Assembly: GCA_046759465.1 (NCBI GenBank)
Contig: JBHICH010000002.1
Location: forward strand, 7,468-71,467
DNA from: Nitrososphaerales archaeon
GTDB lineage: Archaea; Thermoproteota; Nitrososphaeria; Nitrososphaerales; UBA213
Length of the DNA: 64,000 nucleotides
Direction of reading: 5' to 3'
The notes under the pieces were generated by a model. The model did no database searches and was not told where the DNA came from. It worked only from the letters and a program-made list of their open reading frames with translations. Each line of letters starts with the position of its first letter. The first letter of the stretch is position 1. This document shows positions 27,472-36,930 of this stretch, in pieces. The position numbers and the translations under genes are program-made.

Positions 27472-28194
27472 TTGACGCAGGAAACATATATCGGAACTGG
27501 AGGGTGGGCCTACTATCCTGTCCCAAGAGGAAGAAACAAACTTTACGAGTATTCAAAAAAGTTTAATTTTGTAGAGGTAAATTTCACTGCAACCGAAATT
27601 CCGGACTTCGAGCAGGTTGCCTCTTGGAGAAAGACAGTTCATGATGATTTTTCTTTTAGCGTGAAATGTAATCAAGCTGTTGTTGCTTCACTACGGAGCA
27701 ACAAGGTTGATGATGCGCTTTTGGTTTACGAGACCATGCTCGACATCTGTAAGATCCTAGGAGCAAAAATAATGGTCATCCAGACTTTCCCTGACTTCCA
27801 ATTCAAACTAGATTTCATGAAGAATATGGATCAGTTCTTGAACGGAGCATATCTTGATGATGTAAAGCTAGCATGGGAAGTTAAGGGAGCAAGCCATTTC
27901 GCGAAAAATTTCGTTGAGCTGATTCAAGAATACAACGTTATTCATGCAGCTGATATTAGCCTGTTAATGCCTATCTATGAATCAGATGTTCTATACACAA
28001 GGCTGCATGGAAAATTGAAGGGAAGGTTGCATCACTTAAATGATCACGAATTAGAGATTGTCGCCCACAAAATAGCAAACAGCAAAGCGAGGAAAGTTCA
28101 TGTTGCGGGACATACTGTGAGTATGTACGAAGATTCGGAGAGGCTTAAGGAGATTCTAAAGAACTATTCACTTGAACAAACCAAGACAGCATAG
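27472..28194 (+). CDS. Divergent DUF72-like protein; TTG start 3 nt after upstream stop
   Basis: 'YIGTGGWAYYP...YSKKFNFVEVNFT' matches the DUF72 N-terminal pattern. 240 aa. Confidence 0.6.
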   Translation: MTQETYIGTGGWAYYPVPRGRNKLYEYSKKFNFVEVNFTATEIPDFEQVASWRKTVHDDFSFSVKCNQAVVASLRSNKVDDALLVYETMLDICKILGAKIMVIQTFPDFQFKLDFMKNMDQFLNGAYLDDVKLAWEVKGASHFAKNFVELIQEYNVIHAADISLLMPIYESDVLYTRLHGKLKGRLHHLNDHELEIVAHKIANSKARKVHVAGHTVSMYEDSERLKEILKNYSLEQTKTA

Positions 28195-28287
28195 GATAGA
28201 TCGATTCTGTAATCTGCCTTTTTCTAGGATAAAAGCTATACCTGCAAAGCATAAATATCATAGCATGAAAAGCAAGAATCGAACAAA

Positions 28288-28650
28288 TTGCTAGATAAAA
28301 TAGGATATGTAATTCTGTTTGTATCCAATATGAAAGAATCAATCAATTTTTACAAAAATCTCCTGCAGTTGCCATTGAAGTCAGAATCAGAGAACTGGAC
28401 TGAATTCCTGCATGGTGAAACGTTGCTGGCATTACATCTTTCAACAGAAGAGCATAAGATTACTGACAAGAGTCCAAAGATAGGTGTTTCCATAGGCTTT
28501 GTGGTAAGCAATTTGGATTCTTTATGTGATGAATTAAAAAGTAAAGGAGTTAAATTTCTTGAAGAGCCCAAGGATGAAGAATTTGGAAGGCATGCTGCAA
28601 TAGTGGACCTGGATGGATATGTTATATCATTGGCTCAACTAAAAAGTTAA
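28288..28650 (+). CDS. Glyoxalase/bleomycin-resistance (VOC) family protein
   Basis: 120 aa with beta-alpha-beta-beta-beta repeats. 'IGYVILFVSNMKESINFY' and 'AIVDLDGYVISL'. Confidence 0.75.
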   Translation: MLDKIGYVILFVSNMKESINFYKNLLQLPLKSESENWTEFLHGETLLALHLSTEEHKITDKSPKIGVSIGFVVSNLDSLCDELKSKGVKFLEEPKDEEFGRHAAIVDLDGYVISLAQLKS

Positions 28651-28760
28651 TGAGATTCAGGGGATAATAACATTGGCACGCTTATCTCTAGGGATCGAAG
28701 AAATTGGAAATTAAGTACCTTTGCTTGTTCGTTGCAATTCATGCATGTACCAGGATTGGG

Positions 28761-29012
28761 TTATTGTCTCTTAATGCCAAGTTCTTTATTGATGATCTCC
28801 CTTATCTGCTGTCTAAGCCTAGTTACTTTCTCAATGTCATTGCTTATTATCAAAGGTCCTATAGTGTAGTACTTCTCACTGCTGCCCTCTGCCTGTATGT
28901 CATTACTAAGATCCAATAACACATAATCCTTCTGATCAGCCTGCACCTTAACTTTTGCCAAGCCCTGTGCGAGCATCTGTATTATCTGGTTTGCATCATC
29001 CTTTGGTATCAT
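28761..29012 (-). CDS. Hypothetical protein
   Basis: 83-aa soluble-looking ORF, preferred over the overlapping low-complexity + ORF at 28704-28919. Confidence 0.4.
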   Translation of the reverse strand: MIPKDDANQIIQMLAQGLAKVKVQADQKDYVLLDLSNDIQAEGSSEKYYTIGPLIISNDIEKVTRLRQQIREIINKELGIKRQ

Positions 29013-29193
29013 ATATTCAATTACATTTCCGGAGTTTTAAAAATTATGCAGTTTCGGGACAAGTTTAAGCTTCACGAGCTCACGTGCTCTAGCCAATTCA
29101 ATGTATTACCAGATTCTTTTTATTAGAGAGGCTTCTTTATATGTCAAGATTTGTTCATATAAGTTTTTTATCTTTAAATGAATTAAAAGCTGT

Positions 29194-30099
29194 GTGCTTA
29201 AAGATATAATCGAGAAGGCGGTTTTGTCAAACGATGCTGAATTTTCAGCTCTTATCAGGAATGTCTTATCCATACAGAAGAAGGAGAGAAGCGATGCTGT
29301 TATGGGCGATTTAATAGTCAACGAAGGGCTGGTCAGGATGGTGCAGAGGCACAGATTAATTCTTGTAGGCGACCTTCATGGCGATCTTCAGAGTTTAGCT
29401 GTTATACTACAGAAAAGCAACTTTCTTGGCGATCTGTCAAGCAGAATTATCTTCTTGGGTGATTATGGCGATAGAGGCCAAGAGTCTGTTGAAGTATACT
29501 ATGTTATCCTCTATCTGAAATCAAGATTTTCCGATCGTGTTATACTTATGCGTGGAAATCATGAAGGACCAAGCGATATGCCATTTTATCCCCATGATCT
29601 GCCAGAGCAGATACTCGGAAAGTTTGGCAGTGTAGGCAACTCCATCTATCAAGCGCTAAGATCATTGTTTGATGTGATGTACCATGCCGTTCTGTTTGAA
29701 AATTCCTACCTGATATTACACGCAGGAGTGCCAACAAGTTTTAGTTCCATAAATCATATTGCAACTGCGAACAAGACACATCCAAATACCAGATACCTGG
29801 AAGAAATACTCTGGAACGATCCAAGAGAAATAAAGGGCTCTGAACCATCTGGAAGGGGCTATGGAAAGTATTTCGGCAAGGATATTACCGAACAGGCACT
29901 TAAAATAACAAACACAAAAGCATTGATTAGAGCCCACGAACCTTGCAACGGTTTCAAGTTAGATCACGATGGACTTGTTCTAACACTATTTTCCTGCAAG
30001 GCACCTTACGGCAACATGGACGCGGCGTATTTGGAAATCAACCGGGAGAGTTACAACTTGACTGCGGAAGACCTTGCCAAAATAGTAGAATTAATCTGA
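29194..30099 (+). CDS. PPP-family Ser/Thr protein phosphatase (metallophosphoesterase); GTG start, or ATG at 29302
   Basis: 'GDLHGD', 'GDYGDRG', 'RGNHE'. Confidence 0.85.
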   Translation: MLKDIIEKAVLSNDAEFSALIRNVLSIQKKERSDAVMGDLIVNEGLVRMVQRHRLILVGDLHGDLQSLAVILQKSNFLGDLSSRIIFLGDYGDRGQESVEVYYVILYLKSRFSDRVILMRGNHEGPSDMPFYPHDLPEQILGKFGSVGNSIYQALRSLFDVMYHAVLFENSYLILHAGVPTSFSSINHIATANKTHPNTRYLEEILWNDPREIKGSEPSGRGYGKYFGKDITEQALKITNTKALIRAHEPCNGFKLDHDGLVLTLFSCKAPYGNMDAAYLEINRESYNLTAEDLAKIVELI

Positions 30100-30139
30100 T
30101 AGTTTTAGTAATAGAATGAGGTGACAAGGCTGTAAGTGC

Positions 30140-30727
30140 ATGCTCATAGTAATAGAAGGAAGTGACAAGGCTGGGAAGGCTACTCAAACGCAGTTATTAG
30201 CAGACAGACTTGCAAAAGAGCGCTTCAGCGTCAAAACTTGTGCATTCCCAGACTACTCAACAAAGATAGGCAAGGAGATCAAGGCACTTCTTCATGGCAA
30301 AAGGGATTATCCTATCGAGGTTAGGCATATGCTACTCTCAGCCAACAGATGGGAGAAGAAGAGAGCGATCGAAGGTATGCTCAAGGCCAACAAGGTCGTC
30401 ATTCTGAACAGATACTATCAATCAAACTTGGTATATGGTCTGGCAAGCGGCCTGAAGCTGGAGTGGTTGCAGTCACTCGATTCAGGCTTGCCCAAGGAAG
30501 ATCTTGTTATAGTACTCGATGTTTCCCCAGAGGTTTCAATCAAAAGGAGGCAGAGAGAGGAAGACATTTTTGAGACGAACAATGATATAATGAACAACGT
30601 ATCAAGATTATACCGGGAGTTTGCTATCAAATACAATTGGATTTTGATTGATGGCGATCGCAGCGAGGAAGAAGTACATAAGGAAATTTTGAAAATCGTT
30701 GAAGAGAAGATAAAACAAAAACATTAA
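30140..30727 (+). CDS. tmk: Thymidylate kinase
   Basis: P-loop 'IEGSDKAGKATQ' and 'NRYYQSNLVY'. 195 aa. Confidence 0.85.
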   Translation: MLIVIEGSDKAGKATQTQLLADRLAKERFSVKTCAFPDYSTKIGKEIKALLHGKRDYPIEVRHMLLSANRWEKKRAIEGMLKANKVVILNRYYQSNLVYGLASGLKLEWLQSLDSGLPKEDLVIVLDVSPEVSIKRRQREEDIFETNNDIMNNVSRLYREFAIKYNWILIDGDRSEEEVHKEILKIVEEKIKQKH

Positions 30728-30752
30728 GTCAACATCCATCAATCTATCTGGT

Positions 30753-32045
30753 ATGGTATTTAGGCCAGTTGCGGAAATAAGCGATCCCATACATGGTTAC
30801 GTTTACTTGTCAGCAGTCGAACGAGATATTATCGACACATATACTTTTCAGCGGTTAAGGAGGATAAGGCAGTTAGCTGGCGCACATCTAATATATCCTG
30901 GTGCCCAGCACTCTAGGTTCGAACATTCACTAGGAACAATGCATTTAGCTGGTCTTGCTGGAAATGTGTTGAAGGACAAAGGATACATGGATGGTGATCA
31001 GATCCAGACTTTAAGACTTGCAGCATTATTACACGATATTGGGCATGGACCGTTTTCACACTTGTTTGAAGAGGTAATGGCAGAAAGAAGCAAAATAACA
31101 CATGAAGATATTGGCAGAAAGATAATACAGCAAACAGTGATCAGAGACATTCTTAGCAAGCACGGCTTCAGTGCAAAGTCGATAAGCACATTGTGCTTCG
31201 GCGAATCAAAAATGACATTTCTCAACGAAGTAATTGCTGGAGGTTTAAGTGCAGATATAATGGATTACCTGCTTCGCGATTCATACTTCACAGGTGCGAA
31301 ATATGGTAATGTTGATGCTGAACGAATAATAAGTTCCTTCGAGGTTGACAAAAACACGCTAGCTTTAGATAAAGCTGCGCTTTATTCGTTCGAATCATTG
31401 ATGATATCTCGATACGAGATGTTCAAGGCAGTCTACTTTCACAAAACTGTTAGATCTGCTGAGGTTATGTTACTGCGCTCAATGATACTTGCAGACGAAG
31501 AGCTAAAGCTTACAGAGAGTTCAATTGAAAACTATCTTGAACTTACAGACGATGCCACTATGGTTAGGCTCACATCGTTACATGCAAAAAACGACGATCT
31601 GAAACTCGCAGCAAAGCTTGCTAGAGACTACATGAATAGAAGATTACTGAAGTGCGTATTTGAAAAGATACTGCACAAGAGTGACAGCATTGTAAGAAGG
31701 CTCTTCAGCAAGAAGACGCTCGAGAGCCTGACAGACCAAATTGCAAGCAGTGCTAATGTTGATCCCAACAAGGTTTACATCGACGCCTCGAAAGCGCCTT
31801 CGGTTCCCTTAACGCCCGCCAAGCAGCAGCTAAGTTCAATAGTTCTTGTGGGCAAGGACTCTGAGGGCAAGAAGGTGCATTACACATTATCAATAAACGA
31901 CATTCCTGTAATAAGTTCGATTTCCGGTTTTATGGACATGATAAGGGTTTATACTACAAGTGAAAGTAGAACCAAGGTTGAAAGATCTGTGAAAAAGGTT
32001 TTAGGCGCAGGTGTAGAATCATGGTACCAAAAGGTGAGCATGTGA
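30753..32045 (+). CDS. HD-domain dNTP triphosphohydrolase-like protein (SAMHD1/dGTPase-like)
   Basis: 'HSRFEHSLGT', 'LLHDIGHGPFSH', 'DYLLRDSYFTG'. Confidence 0.8.
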   Translation: MVFRPVAEISDPIHGYVYLSAVERDIIDTYTFQRLRRIRQLAGAHLIYPGAQHSRFEHSLGTMHLAGLAGNVLKDKGYMDGDQIQTLRLAALLHDIGHGPFSHLFEEVMAERSKITHEDIGRKIIQQTVIRDILSKHGFSAKSISTLCFGESKMTFLNEVIAGGLSADIMDYLLRDSYFTGAKYGNVDAERIISSFEVDKNTLALDKAALYSFESLMISRYEMFKAVYFHKTVRSAEVMLLRSMILADEELKLTESSIENYLELTDDATMVRLTSLHAKNDDLKLAAKLARDYMNRRLLKCVFEKILHKSDSIVRRLFSKKTLESLTDQIASSANVDPNKVYIDASKAPSVPLTPAKQQLSSIVLVGKDSEGKKVHYTLSINDIPVISSISGFMDMIRVYTTSESRTKVERSVKKVLGAGVESWYQKVSM

Positions 32046-32719
32046 AGAAAAGAATCGTTATCAAACTAAGCGGAAGTGTGTTTTCTGAAAATTCAAGTGA
32101 AACATCACTGCTCAAGTATGCTACTATGCTAAAGTCGAACAGCAAAAAGGCACAGCTAGTGGTTGTTGCTGGAGGAGGGCATATAGCAAGGCATTACATA
32201 AACCTAGCGAGGAGCCTTGGTGTAGATGAATCCAGCCTAGATGAATTAGGGATCGAAGTCTCTAGGCTTAACTCACAGCTTCTTGTATATGCATTAGGCA
32301 CTGCAGCACACCCCCACATTCCCAAGAACCTGCATGATGTTGTTGAAGCTGTTGAGACGGGCAAGATCGTTGTTGCTGGTGGTTTGCATCCTGGGCAGAG
32401 CACAAATGCAACATCTGCACAGATAGCCGAAAAGATCAACGCAAGCATGTTCATTAATGCTACAGATGTTGATGGTATTTATGATTCGGATCCAAGGACT
32501 CACAAAAATGCCAGGCTCTTAAAAACGATCAAAATGCGTGCATTACGGAATATGCTTACACACGAAAGCACGATGGCAGGAGCATACGACCTTATGGACA
32601 TAGTCGCCCTAAAGGTAATAGAAAGATCAAAGATTCCTACAAGAGTGATCAAAGCAAATGTTAACACAATCAAGCGAGCACTTGGTGGTGCAGATGTTGG
32701 AACAAAAATAATCACTTAA
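32021..32719 (+). CDS. pyrH: Uridylate (UMP) kinase, archaeal type
   Basis: 'IVIKLSGSVF', 'VVAGGG', 'ATDVDGIYDSDP'. Overlaps the upstream gene by 25 nt. Confidence 0.85.
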   Translation: MVPKGEHVKKRIVIKLSGSVFSENSSETSLLKYATMLKSNSKKAQLVVVAGGGHIARHYINLARSLGVDESSLDELGIEVSRLNSQLLVYALGTAAHPHIPKNLHDVVEAVETGKIVVAGGLHPGQSTNATSAQIAEKINASMFINATDVDGIYDSDPRTHKNARLLKTIKMRALRNMLTHESTMAGAYDLMDIVALKVIERSKIPTRVIKANVNTIKRALGGADVGTKIIT

Positions 32720-33032
32720 CAGTCTTTGCTTCTCCCGTGAATTCTTTAAAACCATCCTTCAGCATCTTTTCATAAATCTTCTTTGCCTGTTCTAGTAGCA
32801 AGGGTTTTGTTTGTGCCTTTGCGTAACCATCAGCATCACAGATTATTACCAGAACTTTATCTTCACTACTTGTCATGGTTATCAAATCCTCGTCGCCAAC
32901 CGGCTCAAACTGTTCTCCAGACTGCTTTACAGTCTTTGTTAAAAATGCAAAACCAGAATATTCGAACAACTTATGCTGAGACTTCCTTGCTCTCTCCTGA
33001 CCGATATATGCTGCCTGATGATACTGCATCAA
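32712..33032 (-). CDS. Hypothetical protein
   Basis: 106-aa ORF with soluble composition. Confidence 0.45.
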   Translation of the reverse strand: MMQYHQAAYIGQERARKSQHKLFEYSGFAFLTKTVKQSGEQFEPVGDEDLITMTSSEDKVLVIICDADGYAKAQTKPLLLEQAKKIYEKMLKDGFKEFTGEAKTVK

Positions 33033-33137
33033 TCAAATTTCTTCTGTAGTATGTATAAGCCTTTTTGAAAAATCTAAAATCAAAAAACGTGAAATTTTAT
33101 GACAAGCTTTAAATGATAAACAAACTCAGTTTAATTT

Positions 33138-33662
33138 GTGGTTAACAAAGGGCTTGCAGGCGCTGCAGTTGGCGGTGCTAGTATTCTTGCAGCAGTAGCG
33201 TTTATGGCAATGTCGGGCTTTTTCCCAGGTCCAACATCACCAAGTGAAGCTACACCGCAGGAAATGAAGGAAGTGATTCTTAGTTTAACCAACATACAGG
33301 TTCAAAAGATAGATGCAGAGAATGTAAAGATCGAGGTGGTCTTTGATGTATTCAATCCAAATAGGCGCACATTGGTTCTTGAGGAGATAGAGTATAACTT
33401 GATTGCAAATGGCATCAGGCTCGCTCAGTCAGACATTGGTGAGCGGCTAGAAGGTTTGGTAACTGGCACTGGTGTATACTACGTTGTTCCAGACCTTCCC
33501 TTAACATTGAAAGATACCATTCAGCTAAGAAAGACGGAGCTCTTTTCACCAATTTGGAATGATTTGCAGAACGATAACGTTGACTGGAGAGTTTCAGGCT
33601 CATTCTTCATCACCGATCCAATCGGACCTGGAGGAGAAAACATGTTTGACTTTAATTTGTAA
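33138..33662 (+). CDS. LEA_2/WHy-domain protein with N-terminal TM anchor; GTG start
   Basis: 'VFDVFNPNRRTLVLEEIEYNLIANG' is typical of the LEA14-like fold. Confidence 0.6.
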   Translation: MVNKGLAGAAVGGASILAAVAFMAMSGFFPGPTSPSEATPQEMKEVILSLTNIQVQKIDAENVKIEVVFDVFNPNRRTLVLEEIEYNLIANGIRLAQSDIGERLEGLVTGTGVYYVVPDLPLTLKDTIQLRKTELFSPIWNDLQNDNVDWRVSGSFFITDPIGPGGENMFDFNL

Positions 33663-33714
33663 GTCTTTACAAATCATAATTCTAAATATTTATGAATTGA
33701 TTTACCGATAGAGT

Positions 33715-35814
33715 CTAGGGCTGTTCTAATTCCACTTTTCCCTTTTTACGTCGCAATATGGGTGCATATTTTACTTTTTTCTTGATCGCTGGTTGCACCG
33801 TCTTCTCCAGTTCGTATTGTTCCACGGTAAACTGTCGGGCAGTCCCGAAAGGCCTGAATGGTCTGCCTCGTCCATGAAAGAACTTTGAGAAGTATTCAAC
33901 GTAAATCAATCGTGCTCCTTGAATACCAGGCTCGAAAATCCCTATGATATTGTTGAAGAAATGACCCACCAGCAGTATCACGGCTCCGGTGATAATTAAC
34001 AACTCACTTTTGTGCAAGGCTTTCAGGAATATATAATCAATCAGATGAGCAAATATCACCGAGGCTACAAGTATCCCCACAATTCGCGTATAGGAGAGAA
34101 TATGGCTGATGATTGATGGAAGCTCCATGAGAGCTCGAACTCCCTCACCAAGAAACATCAAACCTATGCCTGCAAAAATCATGCCGAAGTAGCTACCAGC
34201 AACAAGATCTTTCATGGGATTAATGGTTTGGCCACCTATCAGTGCCAAGCCCAATTGAGCGATTCCCCAGGCAAATACGAGCCATCCGATCTTTCCCAAC
34301 ATTCCTCGTTTCTCCTTCTGCCAGTAATGATTCACAATGCCCAAAACTAACCCAAAAGATACCAGAATTAGTCCGATATACCCGCTGATAAGGAGGAGCT
34401 TACGTAGCCCGAAGCTGCTTATGGGATCAAAAAAGGTGCCATTGGAGGGAAGGTTTAGGCCAAATTGGGCATTTAGTAATCCAAATAGATAACCATTAAG
34501 GTGGAATCCGAAGTACAGATTGAAGAGAAAGCCTAAACCAATTGCAACGATGCAACCAGGAATCATAGCCTTGGCCAACTTGACCATCCTTGGTGGAGAG
34601 AGTATCAGCTTGGCAAATTTGATCAACTTCCTTGGCATGATTGTTTTCCCACGCTTTCCTCCCTCCACACGTTGTATCACCCATAGCGAGCCAACAAGTA
34701 TTACTAAACCATAGCCTACGTCTCCAAGCATCATTCCGAAGAATATAGGGAAGACAATAGCGAAGATCAGAGTAGGGTCGAACTCGTTAGAAGATGGAAG
34801 GGAATAGAATCTGATGAACGATTCAAAGAGCCTGAATTTCTTGGGATTCGTAAGGAGTGTTGGAGGAAGTTCTTCACTTTCCAGCTCGTAGACTTCGGTG
34901 ATTCCTGGAGCATATCTATCTAGGGTCTTCTTAAGCTGCTCAAGCTTAGGGACTGGCACCCATCCTTCCAAGGCGAACACATCGTGGGTAACACCAAGAT
35001 TAGCGGCCACTTCTAGCTTTCTACTTTCGATCGCTAGTTGTTCCTCGACAACTAGTATAGTAGCGAAGTGTTGCTTCGAGATCTCCTTCAGTTGCTGATC
35101 TATCCCCTGGAGTGTCTGCGTAAGTTCATTTCGTTTCTTCTTTAGCTGCTCCACAAGCTCCGTTGGCTTGCCGTAAAGCCGAGGCACAGGTTCCAGTTTA
35201 GCTCCGTAGGTCTGGATCACTGTAGCAAGCGCATGGGAAGGAAATTCCGGTAAAACAACAAGAACGAAGCGGGTGATATCCTTATCTTGTTGAAAATAAA
35301 GAACCATATCTTGGAAGTCTACTTGCAGAGCTTCTTTAAAGGCTGCAAATTTTTCAGATTCAACCCGTCCAAAGAATGAATGAGCCAACCTCAACTCAAG
35401 GAGGCTCAGGTCTTCGGGGAAGAACGAAAACTCCTTCACTAGTCGTAGGTTTTCGTCGATCTCCTTCAGCTTGGTAAGCAGATCTTCTTTCTGTCTTTCA
35501 AGGGAAGCAACCTTTTCGTCGATAGTAATGGATTGGGCAGTCTCTATTAGCTCATCCAAGGATGTAAAGCGACAGCACTCTGAAACCAACTGAGCAGGAA
35601 GAACACTCTTTAGAGCCCTAATTCTGAGCAGCTGGTCTGAAACCTGTCTATTCAGATCGTCGTCCCGCTCATTTCGAAGCATCCCAGCAACGCTTTTCGA
35701 TAAGGGTTCTAGATGCACAACGCCCAAGTCATGAAGAATAGATACAACGTTTTGTCTGTTCTCCCGCAAACCCAGAACAGCTATCTGCTTCATCGCAACA
35801 GGCTTTAACATCAA
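33715..35814 (-). CDS. atpI: A/V-type ATPase subunit I (membrane stator a-subunit)
   Basis: 699 aa. N-terminal coiled-coil cytosolic half plus a C-terminal polytopic membrane half. Last gene of the operon. Confidence 0.9.
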   Translation of the reverse strand: MMLKPVAMKQIAVLGLRENRQNVVSILHDLGVVHLEPLSKSVAGMLRNERDDDLNRQVSDQLLRIRALKSVLPAQLVSECCRFTSLDELIETAQSITIDEKVASLERQKEDLLTKLKEIDENLRLVKEFSFFPEDLSLLELRLAHSFFGRVESEKFAAFKEALQVDFQDMVLYFQQDKDITRFVLVVLPEFPSHALATVIQTYGAKLEPVPRLYGKPTELVEQLKKKRNELTQTLQGIDQQLKEISKQHFATILVVEEQLAIESRKLEVAANLGVTHDVFALEGWVPVPKLEQLKKTLDRYAPGITEVYELESEELPPTLLTNPKKFRLFESFIRFYSLPSSNEFDPTLIFAIVFPIFFGMMLGDVGYGLVILVGSLWVIQRVEGGKRGKTIMPRKLIKFAKLILSPPRMVKLAKAMIPGCIVAIGLGFLFNLYFGFHLNGYLFGLLNAQFGLNLPSNGTFFDPISSFGLRKLLLISGYIGLILVSFGLVLGIVNHYWQKEKRGMLGKIGWLVFAWGIAQLGLALIGGQTINPMKDLVAGSYFGMIFAGIGLMFLGEGVRALMELPSIISHILSYTRIVGILVASVIFAHLIDYIFLKALHKSELLIITGAVILLVGHFFNNIIGIFEPGIQGARLIYVEYFSKFFHGRGRPFRPFGTARQFTVEQYELEKTVQPAIKKKVKYAPILRRKKGKVELEQP

Positions 35815-35821
35815 TACACAC

Positions 35822-36154
35822 CTAAAGATGGTTTAACAATATCTCTTCTATAATAGTACGCACGATTTTTGCATCCACCGGTTTAGAAGATATCCCAGCC
35901 GCTTTTTTCTTTGCATCATCCAAGATCTTCCTTTCTTCCTTCTGAGCCTCCTGTCTGGCTTGTTCAACTTTCATTTCCACCATGTGCTCACCTTCCTTTC
36001 GCGCCGCTTCTACCTCTGATTCCATGGCAACCTGTAGATTTTGAACTTCTTCTTGAACTACCTTCCTGCGGGCCTCAACCTCCTTCTCTACCGTCTCCTC
36101 CGCCTCTTTAATTTGCTTCAGCGATTTCACGTATTTTTCTTGTGGTTCCATCAT
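35822..36154 (-). CDS. atpH: A/V-type ATPase subunit H (peripheral stalk, G-like)
   Basis: 110-aa Glu/Lys/Ala-rich helical protein located between atpD and atpI. Confidence 0.6.
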   Translation of the reverse strand: MMEPQEKYVKSLKQIKEAEETVEKEVEARRKVVQEEVQNLQVAMESEVEAARKEGEHMVEMKVEQARQEAQKEERKILDDAKKKAAGISSKPVDAKIVRTIIEEILLNHL

Positions 36155-36274
36155 CCTTAATCTCCTAAGACAGATCTTCGTATAAACAATAGTACAATAG
36201 GGGCAACTGCAATGTTGAGAATTTTGAATATGCTCTTTATCAAGTAAAACTTTCTCTGCGGGGGATCCACGAAC

Positions 36275-36925
36275 TTATGCCTTACGAGCATCCTTCCGCT
36301 CTCCCATATTTCGCTTTACAGTCTTCAGCATGATGAATGTATCTCTTTCCATCTCATCGAACCTGAACTTGATATACTTCACAGCTGCCTCCAACCTAGG
36401 TATTAGCACGTTCTCAATAGCATTGGATCGGCGTTTCGTTTTTTCGATCTCATAAAGAAGCTTCCTCAGAGCAGTCTCTTTTTCTGCCACATCCAATACT
36501 ATTTGATGGATTTGCCGGAATGTCTTGATCGCCTCGTTAATCGAGGTGGGAAGCTCCAAGAACATCTCTGGATAGTCAGCCATGCCTTCCCCACCTTCTA
36601 ATTGAGGAATTCGAACACCCATCACATTCTTTGGCAGTATCTGAAGCTTACGAAGCTTGGGGATCTTCATCGCCTCGTTTTCCAGTCTCAGTGCTCCTGC
36701 CAGCATCTCAGCCATCCTTATACTCTCATAGCCCTGCAACAATCTAGTATGAAGCCCACCTCGGAGAGTTGCTGCTTTCTTACTTATAGCAAAGAATTCT
36801 AGAATCAAGGCTTGACGTTTCAGTTTAAGAAGGTTAAGCCCCTTTGTGGCCATCACAATTCTGCGCTTAGTGCGAATGTATTCCATACGTGTCGGGCGAA
36901 TGTCGATGGAGACTGGCATGTCCAA
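36275..36925 (-). CDS. atpD: A/V-type ATPase subunit D
   Basis: 'IRPTRMEYIRTKRRIVMATKGLNLLKLKRQAL' is the typical subunit D N-terminus. Confidence 0.9.
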   Translation of the reverse strand: MDMPVSIDIRPTRMEYIRTKRRIVMATKGLNLLKLKRQALILEFFAISKKAATLRGGLHTRLLQGYESIRMAEMLAGALRLENEAMKIPKLRKLQILPKNVMGVRIPQLEGGEGMADYPEMFLELPTSINEAIKTFRQIHQIVLDVAEKETALRKLLYEIEKTKRRSNAIENVLIPRLEAAVKYIKFRFDEMERDTFIMLKTVKRNMGERKDARKA

Positions 36926-36930
36926 CCACG

